A DNA stretch of 64,000 bases from Pseudomonadota bacterium (GCA_023434265.1 JAEYTA010000202.1:11634-75633); one strand, 5' to 3'. Shown: positions 28,078-40,095, counted from the first letter of the stretch. Program-made: numbers and translations. The notes: a model not told the origin generated them from the letters alone.

Positions 28078-29453
28078 TCGACGACGCCTCCGGGCCGGGC
28101 CTCGAGGGCGCGACGGATCTGGTCATGACGCTCGGGCGTCAGCGGATAGCGGCGCAGGAGCAGGGCGGCGGAGGCGATAAGCAGGGCCGGGGCGACGATG
28201 AACATGGCCTGCAGGGCCAGCAGGGAGGAGGCGCTGTTGCCCTCCGGCGGCGGCACGGCCTGAAAGCCGACCCAGCCGAGCACGGCGTAGGGGATGAGCG
28301 CGAAGACGTGGCCGAGCTTGGTCGTCGCCGAGAGGATGGAGAACATCAGGGCGGTGCGGTCCACCCCGGTCTCCAGCCGCACCTCGTCGCCGGCGTCGGC
28401 CATCATGGCGCGCAGCAGAAACAGGCCGGCCGCGTAGGGCAGGCCGGCGATGAACATCGCCGCGCCGGTAAGGATGAAGTTGCCGCCCGGCAGCAGGGTG
28501 GCGACGAAATAAAGGCTGGCGAAGATCACGCTCGCCACGGCCAGCGCCCGGTGCTTGCCGATCCTCACCGCCAGCCGGGCCCAGATCGGCGCGCCGGCGA
28601 GGCCGCCGACGAAGTAGAGCAGCATGAAGATCGAGGCGGCGGCGCGGTCGTAGCCCTTGATCTGGTCGAAGAAGAAGAACAGCAGCGCGCCGGTGATGCC
28701 GGGGGCGACGCCGAGGACGATGTCGGCGGCCAGCAGGCGCGCGACAGTGGGGCGGCGGACGATGTCCCAGTAGGCCTTCAGGCCGCCGTGAGGCGCGTCG
28801 CCGGCGTTGACCGGCTCGGGCACGGCGGCGAGGGCGAGGCTGATGGTCAGGGGGAGGGCGGCGACGATTGCCCAGCCCATGATGTGCACACCCGCGACGT
28901 AGTCGCCCATGCCGCTCTGCACCACGGCTGCGGGCAGGATCAGGATGGCGATGACGCCGAGGATGTTGAACGCCTGCCACCAGGCGTAGACGCGGCTTCT
29001 CTGGTCGTACTCCGGCGCCAGCACCGATGCCCAGCCCAGCTGGCTGAGGGTGCCGACCGAGAAGCCGAGGTAGAGCACCAGCAGCCACGTGAAGAGATAG
29101 AGCGGCCCGGCGCCCGGCTTGACCATGACGAAGATCATCAGGGCGGCCAGCATCAGCACCGGCGCCGAGGCGGCCATCCACGGGCGGTAGCGGCCGAAGC
29201 GGGTGCGGGTCCGGTCCATGGCCGCGCCGATGATCGGGTCGGCGGCGATGTCGATGGCGCGCACGGCCATGAAGACGTAGCCGACCATGGCGATGTCGAT
29301 GCCGACGTGGGTCGCGTAGTACTCCGGCAAGGTCACCGGCAGGGCCACGCCGAAAGCCGCCAGCGGCAGGCAGACGGTCGAGAAGGCGGCGAGGACGGCG
29401 TTGGAGCGGCGCACGGCGGGGGCGGCGGCGCGCGGGGCGGGTGTGTCGGTCAT
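28074..29453 (-). CDS. MFS-type transporter (glycoside-pentoside-hexuronide:cation symporter-like)
   Basis: 12 predicted TM helices and a GPH-like N-terminal loop (DRTRTRFGRYRPWM). Start placed at MTDTPAPR (ATG 29451-29453). ATGA-type overlap with mazG. Confidence 0.85.
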   Translation of the reverse strand: MTDTPAPRAAAPAVRRSNAVLAAFSTVCLPLAAFGVALPVTLPEYYATHVGIDIAMVGYVFMAVRAIDIAADPIIGAAMDRTRTRFGRYRPWMAASAPVLMLAALMIFVMVKPGAGPLYLFTWLLVLYLGFSVGTLSQLGWASVLAPEYDQRSRVYAWWQAFNILGVIAILILPAAVVQSGMGDYVAGVHIMGWAIVAALPLTISLALAAVPEPVNAGDAPHGGLKAYWDIVRRPTVARLLAADIVLGVAPGITGALLFFFFDQIKGYDRAAASIFMLLYFVGGLAGAPIWARLAVRIGKHRALAVASVIFASLYFVATLLPGGNFILTGAAMFIAGLPYAAGLFLLRAMMADAGDEVRLETGVDRTALMFSILSATTKLGHVFALIPYAVLGWVGFQAVPPPEGNSASSLLALQAMFIVAPALLIASAALLLRRYPLTPERHDQIRRALEARPGGVVE

Positions 29454-29577
29454 GGACGGGTCCGCGAGGCGGCGCCTGAGTCGGCCGCGGCTCCACCATG
29501 CCAGCATTTGCGCCGGAGGCTCCATCCCCGCGCGAAGCCTCTTGCCGGGCCCGCCCGGCTGGGGTCACCCTGCGGGC

Positions 29578-30474
29578 ATGTCGTTGCGTCGCATCCTGCT
29601 GACGATGACCGGCGCCGCCGTCCTGCTCGGCGGCGCGACGGCGGCGCATGCCCGGACGGCCGACGCGACCGGCGCCTGCGACGCGGATCCGATCGAATGG
29701 GGCGCGCCCGCGCTGGCCAACGGCATCTCGGTCCATTCGCTGGAGTGGACTCCGTTCGGCGCGACGGAGTGGGGCTGGGAAACCTACGTCCCCCTGATCC
29801 AGCAGGAGCTGCGCACGGACTGCGCGCCGAATTCGCCGGGCTTCGCGCGGGAACTGGCGATGTTCCAGACCCGCTACGGCCTGCCCGCGACCGGCTGGTT
29901 CGACCCGGCCACCTTCCAGGTCTTCCGCGGCCTGTGGCAGGAGCGGCGGCCGTTCATCATGGCCCGGGTCCGCGAGGAGCCGTGTCCCGATCCGCCGCCG
30001 CTGAACCAGCTGGGCTACCTCGTCGCCGAGGAGGAGCACGCCGACCGGCTGACCCGCCTGCTGCGCCGCGACGTGCTGGACGCCTACCGCCGCATGGTCG
30101 CCGCCGCCCGCGCCGAGGTGCCGGAGATCGCCGCCGATCGGGAGTTGCTGCAGATATTCTCCGGCTTCCGCGATCCCGAGGCCGACGCCGCCCGCTGCGC
30201 CCAGCAGGGCAATTGCGACGGCCTGCGCCGGGCGGTGTGCTCGCCCCACCGGACCGGAACGGCGGTCGACCTCTACGTCGGTCAGATCGTCGGCCTGGGC
30301 GTCGACGACACCTCGCCGGCCAGCCGGCTGCACATGACGCGCGGGCCGGTCTATCGCTGGCTGGTCGCCAACGCCGGACGCTTCGGCTTCACCCCCTACG
30401 TCTACGAGCCGTGGCACTGGGAGTGGACCGGGCCGACCGGGGGCGCGGCCAGCGTGGCGGCGACGGCGCGGTGA
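29578..30474 (+). CDS. Secreted peptidase M15B (VanY / D-alanyl-D-alanine carboxypeptidase family)
   Basis: Signal peptide MSLRRILLTMTGAAVLLGGATAAHA. Zn-ligand motifs SPHRTGTAVDL and EPWHWEW. Confidence 0.8.
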   Translation: MSLRRILLTMTGAAVLLGGATAAHARTADATGACDADPIEWGAPALANGISVHSLEWTPFGATEWGWETYVPLIQQELRTDCAPNSPGFARELAMFQTRYGLPATGWFDPATFQVFRGLWQERRPFIMARVREEPCPDPPPLNQLGYLVAEEEHADRLTRLLRRDVLDAYRRMVAAARAEVPEIAADRELLQIFSGFRDPEADAARCAQQGNCDGLRRAVCSPHRTGTAVDLYVGQIVGLGVDDTSPASRLHMTRGPVYRWLVANAGRFGFTPYVYEPWHWEWTGPTGGAASVAATAR

Positions 30475-30929
30475 TCCGCCCGCTCACGCCGGGCGAGGTC
30501 GCCCTGGCCCGCGAGGCCTTCGGCGACGCGCTGCGCTACGGGGCTGTCCGCATCCTGACGGCGCCGTGGCCGCTGACCCGGGCCTTCGTGCCCGGCCAGT
30601 GGTTCGGCCGGGGCTGGATCGTCTGGCCGGCGCGGACCCTGCCGGCCGACATCGCCGCCGCGCCGCCGGGCGTGCAGGCCGTCTTCATCCACGAGCTGAC
30701 CCACGTCTGGCAGGCGCAGAACGGCGTCAACCTGCTGACCGGCAAGCTGAAGGCCGGCGACCGGCCGGAGTCCTACCGCTATCCGCTGGGCATGGACTGC
30801 GCCTGGGAGGGGCTGAACATCGAGCAGCAGGCCATGGTGGTCGAGCACCGCTTCCGCCTGTCGAAGGGCGAGAAGGTCCCCGCCGACCGCGCCTTCTACG
30901 ACCGCGTCTGCCCGATCAACCGCGCCTGA
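30471..30929 (+). CDS. Small HExxH protein (DUF4157-like putative zinc metallopeptidase motif)
   Basis: GTG 30471 overlaps the M15 stop (GTGA). FIHELTHVWQAQ matches the HExxHxxQ signature as I recall it. No signal peptide. Confidence 0.6.
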   Translation: MIRPLTPGEVALAREAFGDALRYGAVRILTAPWPLTRAFVPGQWFGRGWIVWPARTLPADIAAAPPGVQAVFIHELTHVWQAQNGVNLLTGKLKAGDRPESYRYPLGMDCAWEGLNIEQQAMVVEHRFRLSKGEKVPADRAFYDRVCPINRA

Positions 30930-31016
30930 CGGGACGGACGGGCGCGGCGCCCCCTTGCATTCAGGCGGGCGCACGCCAAATAGATACTAACACTGTTGCA
31001 GTAAGGGAGCGCAGAC

Positions 31017-31802
31017 ATGGGCCAGTTCTCCGAGGCGGCCGGCGAGCCCCGCCAGCCGGCGATCTTCTTCGGCCACGGCTCGCCGATGAACGCGCTGGGC
31101 GGCCCGTATGCCGACGTCTGGCGCGCCCTGGGCGAGGCCGTCGGCAAGCCGAAGGGCGTGGTGATGGTCTCGGCCCACTGGGAAACCACGGGCCTGGCGG
31201 TGACCGCACAGGCGCAGCCGGAAACCATTCATGATTTCGGCGGCTTCCCGGCGGAACTGCACGCGATGCAGTACCCGGCTCCGGGCTCGCCGGTGCTCGC
31301 CGGCCGCGTCGCGGCGCTGACCGGCGCGACGCTCTCGGAGCAGTGGGGCCTGGACCATGGGACCTGGTCGGTGCTGGCCCACGTCTGGCCGGCGGCCGAC
31401 GTGCCCGTGGTGCAGCTGTCGCTGGACCGACGGCTGACGCCTCGCCAGCATTTCGACCTCGCCCGCAAGCTGCAGCCGCTGCGCGACGAAGGCGTGATCG
31501 TCGCCGGCTCGGGCGACTTCGTGCACAACCTCCGCACCTGGAAGCGGACCGGCGGCGAGCCCTACGCCTGGGCGGTCGGCTTCAACGAGGCGGTCAAGGC
31601 GGCGCTGGTGCGCGGCGACGACGCGGCGCTGGTCGACTGGGTCGGCCTGGCCGAGGACGCGCAGCTCAGCGTGCCCACCGACGAGCACTTTCTGCCGCTG
31701 CTCTACGTCGCCGCCCAGCGCCGGCCGGGCGACGACGTCAGCTTCTTCAACGACGTCATCGAGGGCGGATCGATCTCGATGACGGGGGTGCGGATAGGCT
31801 AG
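31017..31802 (+). CDS. ygiD: 4,5-DOPA dioxygenase extradiol-like (YgiD, class III extradiol dioxygenase)
   Basis: PAIFFGHGSPMNAL, VVMVSAHWET, QLSLD, VAGSGDFVHNL. Confidence 0.85.
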   Translation: MGQFSEAAGEPRQPAIFFGHGSPMNALGGPYADVWRALGEAVGKPKGVVMVSAHWETTGLAVTAQAQPETIHDFGGFPAELHAMQYPAPGSPVLAGRVAALTGATLSEQWGLDHGTWSVLAHVWPAADVPVVQLSLDRRLTPRQHFDLARKLQPLRDEGVIVAGSGDFVHNLRTWKRTGGEPYAWAVGFNEAVKAALVRGDDAALVDWVGLAEDAQLSVPTDEHFLPLLYVAAQRRPGDDVSFFNDVIEGGSISMTGVRIG

Positions 31803-32197
31803 GCCCGCTTGCGGCCCATCATGGCGTCGACGCTCCACGGTCCGGGGCCGGCGGCGACGAAGTAGAGGAAGACGAAGCAGTACAGGGCGATGGTCTCGCC
31901 GCCGTTGACGATGGGGAAGGGGCTCTGCCCGCCGTGCATCGTCCAGTAGCCGACGGCGCAGAAGCCGGCGGCGAGGAAGGCGACGGGGCGCGTGAACAGG
32001 CCGATCAGGAACAGGGTCCCGAGCAGCAGTTCCAGCGGACCCGACAGGCCGGCGAGACTGAGCCCCGGAGGCGGCAGGCCGTCCATGGGCGGGAAGCCCA
32101 GCACCTTGGCCACGCCATGGCTGACGAACAGAAGGCCGGCGACGATGCGCAGCACGCTGAGCAGCTGCGGCTGGTACGCGGAGAACCTGTCGAACAT
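31799..32197 (-). CDS. DoxX family membrane protein
   Basis: 132 aa, four TM helices, LLSVLRIVAGLLFVSHGVAKVLGFP. Strong SD (GAGGGAGGG) upstream. Confidence 0.85.
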   Translation of the reverse strand: MFDRFSAYQPQLLSVLRIVAGLLFVSHGVAKVLGFPPMDGLPPPGLSLAGLSGPLELLLGTLFLIGLFTRPVAFLAAGFCAVGYWTMHGGQSPFPIVNGGETIALYCFVFLYFVAAGPGPWSVDAMMGRKRA

Positions 32198-32257
32198 GAG
32201 TCCCTCCCTCGTTGGGAGTATCAGTCTGAAACCGAGTCCGTGCCCGTTTCAACCAAT

Positions 32258-32271
32258 GTCCGGCGCCGGAC
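32258..32271 (-). terminator. Candidate terminator hairpin after the AMP-ligase gene
   Basis: Perfect 14-bp palindrome GTCCGGCGCCGGAC, 14 nt beyond the stop at 32285. There is only a weak T tract after it on the minus strand. Confidence 0.3.
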
Positions 32272-32284
32272 GCGGGTCGCGGAC

Positions 32285-33838
32285 TCAGGCCGCCTTGTCG
32301 AGCTCGACCATCTGCTGGATGGCGACGTAGTCGGTCTTGCCGGTGCCCAGCACCGGCACCTCGCCGACGCGGACGATCTTCTTGGGCACCGCCAGTTCGG
32401 GCGCGCCGTGCTCGCGGGCCCATTCGGCCAGGCGGGCGACGTCGGCGTCCTTGCGGTCCGTGACCAGCACCAGCTTCTCGCCCTTGCGGTTGTCCGGCAC
32501 CGAGACCACGGCGTGGCGGGCCTCCGGCCAGACCGCGCTGGCCAGGCCCTCGACGGCGGTCAGCGACACCATCTCGCCGCCGATCTTGGCGAACCGCTTC
32601 ACCCGCCCCAGGATCGAGACGTAGCCGTCGGCGTCGATGGCGACGATGTCCCCCGTGTCGTGCCAGCCCCCCTCGAGCGGCTCGATGGCCTCGGGATCGT
32701 CGGCGGAGAGGTAGCCCTCCATGACGTTGGGGCCGCGCAGGTAGAGGCGACCGCCCTCGTCGATGCCCGGCACCGGCTCCAGCCGCCAGTCGATGCCCGG
32801 CAGGATCTGGCCGACGGTGCCCGGCCGGTTGCGGTCGGGATGGTTGACCGCCACCACCGGCGCCGCCTCGGTGGCCCCGTAGCCCTCGAGCAGCTTCAGG
32901 CCGCGGAAGCGGGTGTTGAACAGGTGATGGGTCTCGTCGCGCACCCGCTCGGCTCCGGCGACCACGAACTCCAGGGTGTCGAAGTCGTCCGGCCCGGCCA
33001 CGCGGGCGTACTGGTTCAGGAAGGTGTCGGTGGCGAACAGGATCGAGGCCTTCACCTGCGGCAGCAGCTCGACGATCTGCCGGGCGTGCAGCGGCGAGGG
33101 GTACTGGAAGGCCTTCATCCCCTGCAGCAGGGGCAGCAGCACCCCGCCGGTCAGGCCGAAGCAGTGGAAGGTCGGCAGCGGGTTGAACATCACCCATTCG
33201 GGCTTCAGCTCGATGTGCTGGGCGACCTGGCGGCAGTTGGCCACGAGGTTGGACTGGCTGAGCACCACCCCCTTGGGCGCACCGAAGCTGCCCGAGGTGA
33301 ACAGCACCACGCCGGGCGAGGAGGGTTCGGTCCGGGTCCGGAACCGGCGCGGCATCAACCCCGCCATCAGGCCGTACAGCTTGTCGGGCAGGCCGATGGA
33401 GGCGCGGACGTCGTCCAGCCAGACCACCTCGGCGACCGTTTCGATGTCGGCGATCAGATCGTCCAGCTTCGCCTGCTGAATGAACCGCTTCGCCGTCAGA
33501 ACCTTCTTCACCCCGGCCGCGGCCAGCGCCGCCTTGATGTTCCGCTCGCCGGCCGTGAAGTTGATCATCACCGGCACGCGGCCGTGCGCGTGCAAGCCGT
33601 AGAAGGTGACCACCACCCCCATGCTGGACGGCAGCAGGATGCCGACGCGCTCGGTCGGCTCCGTCATGGCCGCCACCTTGCGGCCCAGCACGAAGGCGGC
33701 GCGGATCAGGCCGGTGTAGGTCAGCGGCTTGCGGTCCTGGTCCTCCAGGATCTCCTTGTCGCCGTATTTCTCGCGCGCAGCGATGAGGGCGTCGAAGATG
33801 GTCTCCTCGCCGGCCTTCGGGTCCAGGGGTACGCGCAA
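32285..33838 (-). CDS. AMP-dependent synthetase/ligase (acyl-ACP/acyl-CoA synthetase, Aas C-terminal-domain-like)
   Basis: Adenylation motifs LFTSGSFGAPKGVVLS, GYGATEA, WHDTGDIV, GRVKRFAKIGGEMVS. The TTG start is tentative. Confidence 0.88.
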   Translation of the reverse strand: MRVPLDPKAGEETIFDALIAAREKYGDKEILEDQDRKPLTYTGLIRAAFVLGRKVAAMTEPTERVGILLPSSMGVVVTFYGLHAHGRVPVMINFTAGERNIKAALAAAGVKKVLTAKRFIQQAKLDDLIADIETVAEVVWLDDVRASIGLPDKLYGLMAGLMPRRFRTRTEPSSPGVVLFTSGSFGAPKGVVLSQSNLVANCRQVAQHIELKPEWVMFNPLPTFHCFGLTGGVLLPLLQGMKAFQYPSPLHARQIVELLPQVKASILFATDTFLNQYARVAGPDDFDTLEFVVAGAERVRDETHHLFNTRFRGLKLLEGYGATEAAPVVAVNHPDRNRPGTVGQILPGIDWRLEPVPGIDEGGRLYLRGPNVMEGYLSADDPEAIEPLEGGWHDTGDIVAIDADGYVSILGRVKRFAKIGGEMVSLTAVEGLASAVWPEARHAVVSVPDNRKGEKLVLVTDRKDADVARLAEWAREHGAPELAVPKKIVRVGEVPVLGTGKTDYVAIQQMVELDKAA

Positions 33839-34012
33839 ACCGTCATCCTCCGTGCCGGCGCGTTGGCCGCGCCTGTGCTTGGGCGCGGCAAACTAGTGCG
33901 GGCCCGCCCGGTTGAAAAGATACGTTACCTTGCGTGAGGTTCCGCGCCGCCTTGCCATGGCCACGCGGAAGGACGACATAGCCGGTTCCCGCCCCCGGAG
34001 CCCGAGGCCGCC

Positions 34013-34975
34013 TTGGTCACGCTGATCGATTCGCTGAAGAAGACGCCTGCCGAACTGCGTCACCCGGAGAAGCAGAACCGCCCGGAAACCGCGGTGCTGA
34101 AGAAGCCCGACTGGCTGCGGGTCAAGGCGCCCGGATCCGGCCAGTACAACGCCACCCGGGCCATCGTGAAGGAGAAGGGCCTCCACACGGTCTGCGAGGA
34201 GGCCGCCTGCCCGAACATCGGCGAGTGCTGGAGCCAGAAGCACGCCACCCTGATGATCATGGGCGACACCTGCACCCGGGCCTGCGCCTTCTGCAACGTG
34301 AAGACCGGCCTGCCGCAGGCTCTGGACCCCGACGAACCGGCCAAGGTCGGCCTGGCAGTGCAGCAGATGGGCCTGAACCACGTGGTCATCACCAGCGTCG
34401 ACCGGGACGACCTGTCGGACGGCGGCGCGGCCCACTTCGCCGAGGTCGTGCGCCAGATCCGGCTGCAGGCGCCGGGCACCACGGTCGAGATCCTGACCCC
34501 CGACTTCCTGCGCAAGGACGGCGCGGCCGAGGTGGTCATCGACTCCACGCCGGATGTGTTCAACCACAACCTCGAGACGGTGCCGCGGCTGTATCTGAAG
34601 ATCCGCCCCGGGGCGCGGTATTTCCACAGCCTGCGCCTGCTGCAGATGGTCAAGGAGCGCGACCCCAACCAGTTCACCAAGTCCGGCATCATGGTCGGCC
34701 TGGGCGAGACCAAGGAGGAGGTCATGCAGGTGATGGACGACATGCGGTCCGCCGGCGTCGACTTCATCACCATCGGCCAGTACCTGCAGCCGACCCGCAA
34801 GCACGCCGCCATCGAACGGTTCGTGACGCCGGAAGAGTTCAAGGCCTATGAGGCCATGGCCCGGGCCAAGGGCTTCCTGATGGTGTCGGCCTCGCCACTG
34901 ACCCGCAGCTCGCATCACGCCGGCGAGGACTTCGCCAGACTGAAGGCGGCGCGGCTGGCGCAGACGGGTCGCTGA
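34013..34975 (+). CDS. lipA: Lipoyl synthase
   Basis: Two Fe-S cysteine motifs: [12 protein letters not shown] and radical-SAM [10 protein letters not shown]. Also [10 protein letters not shown]. Confidence 0.97.
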   Translation: MVTLIDSLKKTPAELRHPEKQNRPETAVLKKPDWLRVKAPGSGQYNATRAIVKEKGLHTVCEEAACPNIGECWSQKHATLMIMGDTCTRACAFCNVKTGLPQALDPDEPAKVGLAVQQMGLNHVVITSVDRDDLSDGGAAHFAEVVRQIRLQAPGTTVEILTPDFLRKDGAAEVVIDSTPDVFNHNLETVPRLYLKIRPGARYFHSLRLLQMVKERDPNQFTKSGIMVGLGETKEEVMQVMDDMRSAGVDFITIGQYLQPTRKHAAIERFVTPEEFKAYEAMARAKGFLMVSASPLTRSSHHAGEDFARLKAARLAQTGR

Positions 34976-34982
34976 TCCCGCC

Positions 34983-35438
34983 TTGGCCGTCCATCGCGTC
35001 ACGAAGATCCTGCCCTACCAGCCCGACCAGCTCGCCGATCTGGTCGCCGACGTGCGCGCCTATCCGGACTTCGTGCCCTGGGTCACCTCGATGCGGACAT
35101 GGAACCGGCGCGAGGAGCGTCCCGGCGTCTGCGTCGAGGACGCCGAGGCGGGGGTGGGCTTCTCCTTCCTCAAGGAGCGGTTCTCGACCTGGGTGCGGCA
35201 TGACCGGAACCGGCCGCTGGTCGAGGTCGGCCTGCTGCGCGGGCCGTTCCACCACCTGAAGAACCGCTGGGAGTTCTTCCCGCACCCGGAAGGGACGCGG
35301 GTCGAGTTCTTCATCGACTTCGCCTTCCGGTCGCGGCTGCTGGATATGATGCTGCAGGCCAATTTCGACCGCGCCGTCGAGAAGCTGATGCACTGTTTCG
35401 AGGCGCGGGCGGCCGCGCTGTACGGCCCCGGGGCGTGA
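34983..35438 (+). CDS. SRPBCC/START-fold protein of the RatA / COQ10 family
   Basis: KILPYQPDQLADLVADVRAYPDFVPWV and FKNRWEF-like HHLKNRWEFFP. The position downstream of lipA is conserved in alphaproteobacteria. Confidence 0.8.
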   Translation: MAVHRVTKILPYQPDQLADLVADVRAYPDFVPWVTSMRTWNRREERPGVCVEDAEAGVGFSFLKERFSTWVRHDRNRPLVEVGLLRGPFHHLKNRWEFFPHPEGTRVEFFIDFAFRSRLLDMMLQANFDRAVEKLMHCFEARAAALYGPGA

Positions 35439-36547
35439 GCTTCGACTTCGACGCCGTGGTCGTGGGCGCCGGGGCCGTCGGCCTCGCCTGCGGCCGGGCG
35501 TTGTCGCGCCGGGGCCTGTCGGTGCTGGTTCTCGAGAAGGAGCCGGTGATCGGGCAGGGCGTCTCCTCGCGCAACAGCGAGGTCATCCACGGCGGTCTGT
35601 ATTATCCCTCCGGTTCCCTGAAGGCGCGCTTCTGCGTCGAGGGCCGGCGCGCCCTCTACGCCTTTCTGGACAGCCGCAAGGTCGACTACCGCAAGTGCGG
35701 CAAGCTGGTGGTGGCCACCGACGAGGCGGAGGTCCCGCGCATCGAGGCCATCTTCGAGCAGGCGACGGCCAACGAGGTCGAGGGGCTGGAGCATCTGACC
35801 GGGGCGCAGGCGCGGACGCTGGAGCCGGGACTGAACGCCCATGCGGCCATCCTGTCGCCCGAGAGCGGGGTGTTCGACAGTCACGGCTACATGCTGGCCC
35901 TTCAGGGGGAGATCGAGGACGCCGGCGGTTCGGTCGTGGTCTCCACCCCGTTCGAGCGGGCCGAGCCGCTGCCGGGCGGCGGCTTCCGCGTCACCGCGGG
36001 CGGGGAGGGCGGGGCGACCCTGACGACCGGGCTGCTGATCACCGCGCCCGGACTCGGTGCGCAGGACGCAGCGGGCCGGATCGAAGGCTATCCCGCCGAC
36101 TGCATCCCCGTCGGCCACTACGGCAAGGGCGTCTACTTTCGTCTGACGGGCAAGGCGCCGTTCGAGCGGCTGGTCTATCCGCCGCCGATCCCGGGGGCGC
36201 TGGGCACCCACTATCGCAAGGACCTTGGCGGGCAGGCCGTGTTCGGGCCCGACCTCGAATATGTCGAGGACGAGGACTATTCGGTCGACCCGGCCCGGGC
36301 GGCGGAGTTCGAGCGCTACATCCGCCGTTTCTGGCCGGGCCTGCCGGAAGGCGCACTGACGCCGGATTATGCGGGCATCCGGCCCAAGCTGCACGGGCCG
36401 GGCGAAGCCCAGCCGGATTTCCAGCTGCACGACCGGTCTGTGCACGGCCTCGACGGGCTGGTCTGCCTGTTCGGGATCGAGAGCCCCGGCCTGACCAGTT
36501 CGCTGGCCATCGGCGAGGCCGTGGCGGACATTCTGGTCGATGGCTGA
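35435..36547 (+). CDS. FAD-dependent oxidoreductase (L-2-hydroxyglutarate oxidase/dehydrogenase-like, COG0579)
   Basis: DAVVVGAGAVGLACGRAL dinucleotide-binding fold, SSRNSEVIHGGLYY, FGIESPGLTSSLAI. Confidence 0.8.
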   Translation: MSFDFDAVVVGAGAVGLACGRALSRRGLSVLVLEKEPVIGQGVSSRNSEVIHGGLYYPSGSLKARFCVEGRRALYAFLDSRKVDYRKCGKLVVATDEAEVPRIEAIFEQATANEVEGLEHLTGAQARTLEPGLNAHAAILSPESGVFDSHGYMLALQGEIEDAGGSVVVSTPFERAEPLPGGGFRVTAGGEGGATLTTGLLITAPGLGAQDAAGRIEGYPADCIPVGHYGKGVYFRLTGKAPFERLVYPPPIPGALGTHYRKDLGGQAVFGPDLEYVEDEDYSVDPARAAEFERYIRRFWPGLPEGALTPDYAGIRPKLHGPGEAQPDFQLHDRSVHGLDGLVCLFGIESPGLTSSLAIGEAVADILVDG

Positions 36548-37070
36548 GCCGACCTTCCGTCCCGCGACCGCCGCCGATGTGCCGGCGCTGCATGCGCTGG
36601 TCCACGGCGCCTACCGCGGCGACTCGGCCCGGCGTGGCTGGACCCACGAGGCCGACCTGCTGGACGGAAACCGCATCGACCGGGCGACGCTCGCGGCGGT
36701 CGTCGCCGATCCGAGCCAGACCGTCCTGTTGGCCGAGCGCGACGGCCGGCTGGTCGGCTGCGTGCAGGTCACGGACAAGGGGCGGGGGCTGGCCTATCTC
36801 GGCATGCTGACCGTCGATCCCGCCCTGCAGGGCGGCGGCTTCGGCCGGGCCCTGATCGCGGCTGCGGAAGCCGAGGCCCGGGCCCGCTTCCGGGCCCGCA
36901 CCATGGAGATGACCGTCATCGTCCAGCGCGCCGAGCTGATCGACTGGTACGGCCGCCGCGGCTATCGCCCCACCGGCGAGACCCGGCCGTTCCCGGCGAC
37001 CGACCCGCGCTTCGGCCTGCCGAAGCGGGACGACCTGGCTTTCGCGGTGCTGGCCCGCGACCTCGCTTGA
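36540..37070 (+). CDS. GNAT family N-acetyltransferase
   Basis: Acetyl-CoA binding motif LTVDPALQGGGFGRALI. 8-nt overlap with the preceding gene. Confidence 0.8.
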   Translation: MAEPTFRPATAADVPALHALVHGAYRGDSARRGWTHEADLLDGNRIDRATLAAVVADPSQTVLLAERDGRLVGCVQVTDKGRGLAYLGMLTVDPALQGGGFGRALIAAAEAEARARFRARTMEMTVIVQRAELIDWYGRRGYRPTGETRPFPATDPRFGLPKRDDLAFAVLARDLA

Positions 37071-37101
37071 CCTCGACAGGGCAAGACGCCGAGGCTGGCG
37101 C

Positions 37102-37641
37102 ATGGAGATCGTCACCGCCCGCCTGAGACTCCGTTCCGCCCGGCCCGACGACCTGGCGGCGCTGCACGCGGTGCTCTCCGATCCCCGGGCGACCCGCTGG
37201 TGGTCGACCCCGGCTCACATCTCGCTCGACCAGACCGCCGCCTGGCTCGACAGCATGCTCGCCAACGGCCCCGACCAGCCCGATTTCGTGGTCGAACGCG
37301 AGGGGGCGGTGATCGGCAAGGCGGGCTTCTGGCGCCTGCCCGAGGTCGGCTACATCCTGCATCCGGACCACTGGGGACAGGGACTGGCCCACGAGGCGGT
37401 GTCGGCCGCGATCGGCCATGTCTTCGTCGCGCACGGGCTCGACGAACTGACCGCCGACGTCGATCCGGAGAATCTCGCCTCGATTCGCCTGCTGGAACGG
37501 CTGGGCTTCGTTCGCACCGGCTTCGCCGAGCGGACCTTCCAGATCAGCGGCGAGTGGAAGGACAGCCTGTACTACGCCCTGTCGCGGCGGGACTGGCGGG
37601 CGCGGGACGCCGCCGTCGCCGACGATTGTCCCCGCCCTTGA
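37102..37641 (+). CDS. GNAT family N-acetyltransferase (RimJ/RimL-like)
   Basis: TARLRLRSARPDDLAALHAV, HPDHWGQGLAHEAV, ENLASIRLLERLGF. Confidence 0.8.
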   Translation: MEIVTARLRLRSARPDDLAALHAVLSDPRATRWWSTPAHISLDQTAAWLDSMLANGPDQPDFVVEREGAVIGKAGFWRLPEVGYILHPDHWGQGLAHEAVSAAIGHVFVAHGLDELTADVDPENLASIRLLERLGFVRTGFAERTFQISGEWKDSLYYALSRRDWRARDAAVADDCPRP

Positions 37642-37677
37642 AAAGTCGCCCGGCTTCATGCATAAGCCCGCGCTCGC

Positions 37678-37712
37678 GTGGCGGCTCTTCCGGGGGCCGC
37701 CGCTGTTGTTTT
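37678..37712 (+). terminator. Candidate terminator or leader hairpin between the GNAT gene and rpmF
   Basis: Stem GGCGGC (37680-85) / GCCGCC (37696-701), extendable by two pairs, followed by the T-rich tract TGTTGTTTT. Confidence 0.4.
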
Positions 37713-37752
37713 CGCGCTCTCACGGGCGCCCGACCAGAAGATTGAGACGGAC

Positions 37753-37935
37753 ATGGCCGTTCCGAAGCGGAAAGTATCGCCCTCGCGTCGCAACATGCGC
37801 CGCGCCCACGACGCCCTGGGCACGAACGCCTACGTCGAGGACAAGGACACCGGCGAGCTGAAGCGCCCGCACCACATCGACCTGAAGACCGGCACCTATC
37901 GCGGCCGCCAGGTTCTGACGCCCAAGGACGAATAG
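37753..37935 (+). CDS. rpmF: 50S ribosomal protein L32
   Basis: [22 protein letters not shown] (internal ATG of ORF 37678..37935). Followed by a canonical intrinsic terminator. Confidence 0.97.
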   Translation: MAVPKRKVSPSRRNMRRAHDALGTNAYVEDKDTGELKRPHHIDLKTGTYRGRQVLTPKDE

Positions 37936-37974
37936 TCCTCTGCCGGCGCCGGCTCCGGCCGGATGAAGCGTTTG

Positions 37975-38004
37975 ACGGCGCGCGGTTCTCCGCGCGCCGT
38001 TTTC
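37975..38004 (+). terminator. Rho-independent terminator of rpmF
   Basis: Perfect 11-bp GC-rich stem ACGGCGCGCGG / CCGCGCGCCGT with a TTCT loop, followed by TTTTCG. Lies 40 nt after the rpmF stop. Confidence 0.8.
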
Positions 38005-38041
38005 GTGCGTTGATGGGCCCGAACCTCTCAGGGAGCGCCCG

Positions 38042-40034
<1,993 letters not shown>

Positions 40035-40095
40035 GGCAGGGGAGCGGGCGCAGATTCTGCGGCCAAGCTACGGTTCGTTAGGCATTTTCGGTCAG

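Noticed and set aside
34983-35438. Possible type II toxin (RatA) and hence a toxin-antitoxin module
   Set aside because: There is no small antitoxin partner gene. The gene sits in the conserved lipA-downstream position, and the fold is the SRPBCC/COQ10 lipid-binding type. The toxin label is a historical annotation and does not indicate a TA system here.
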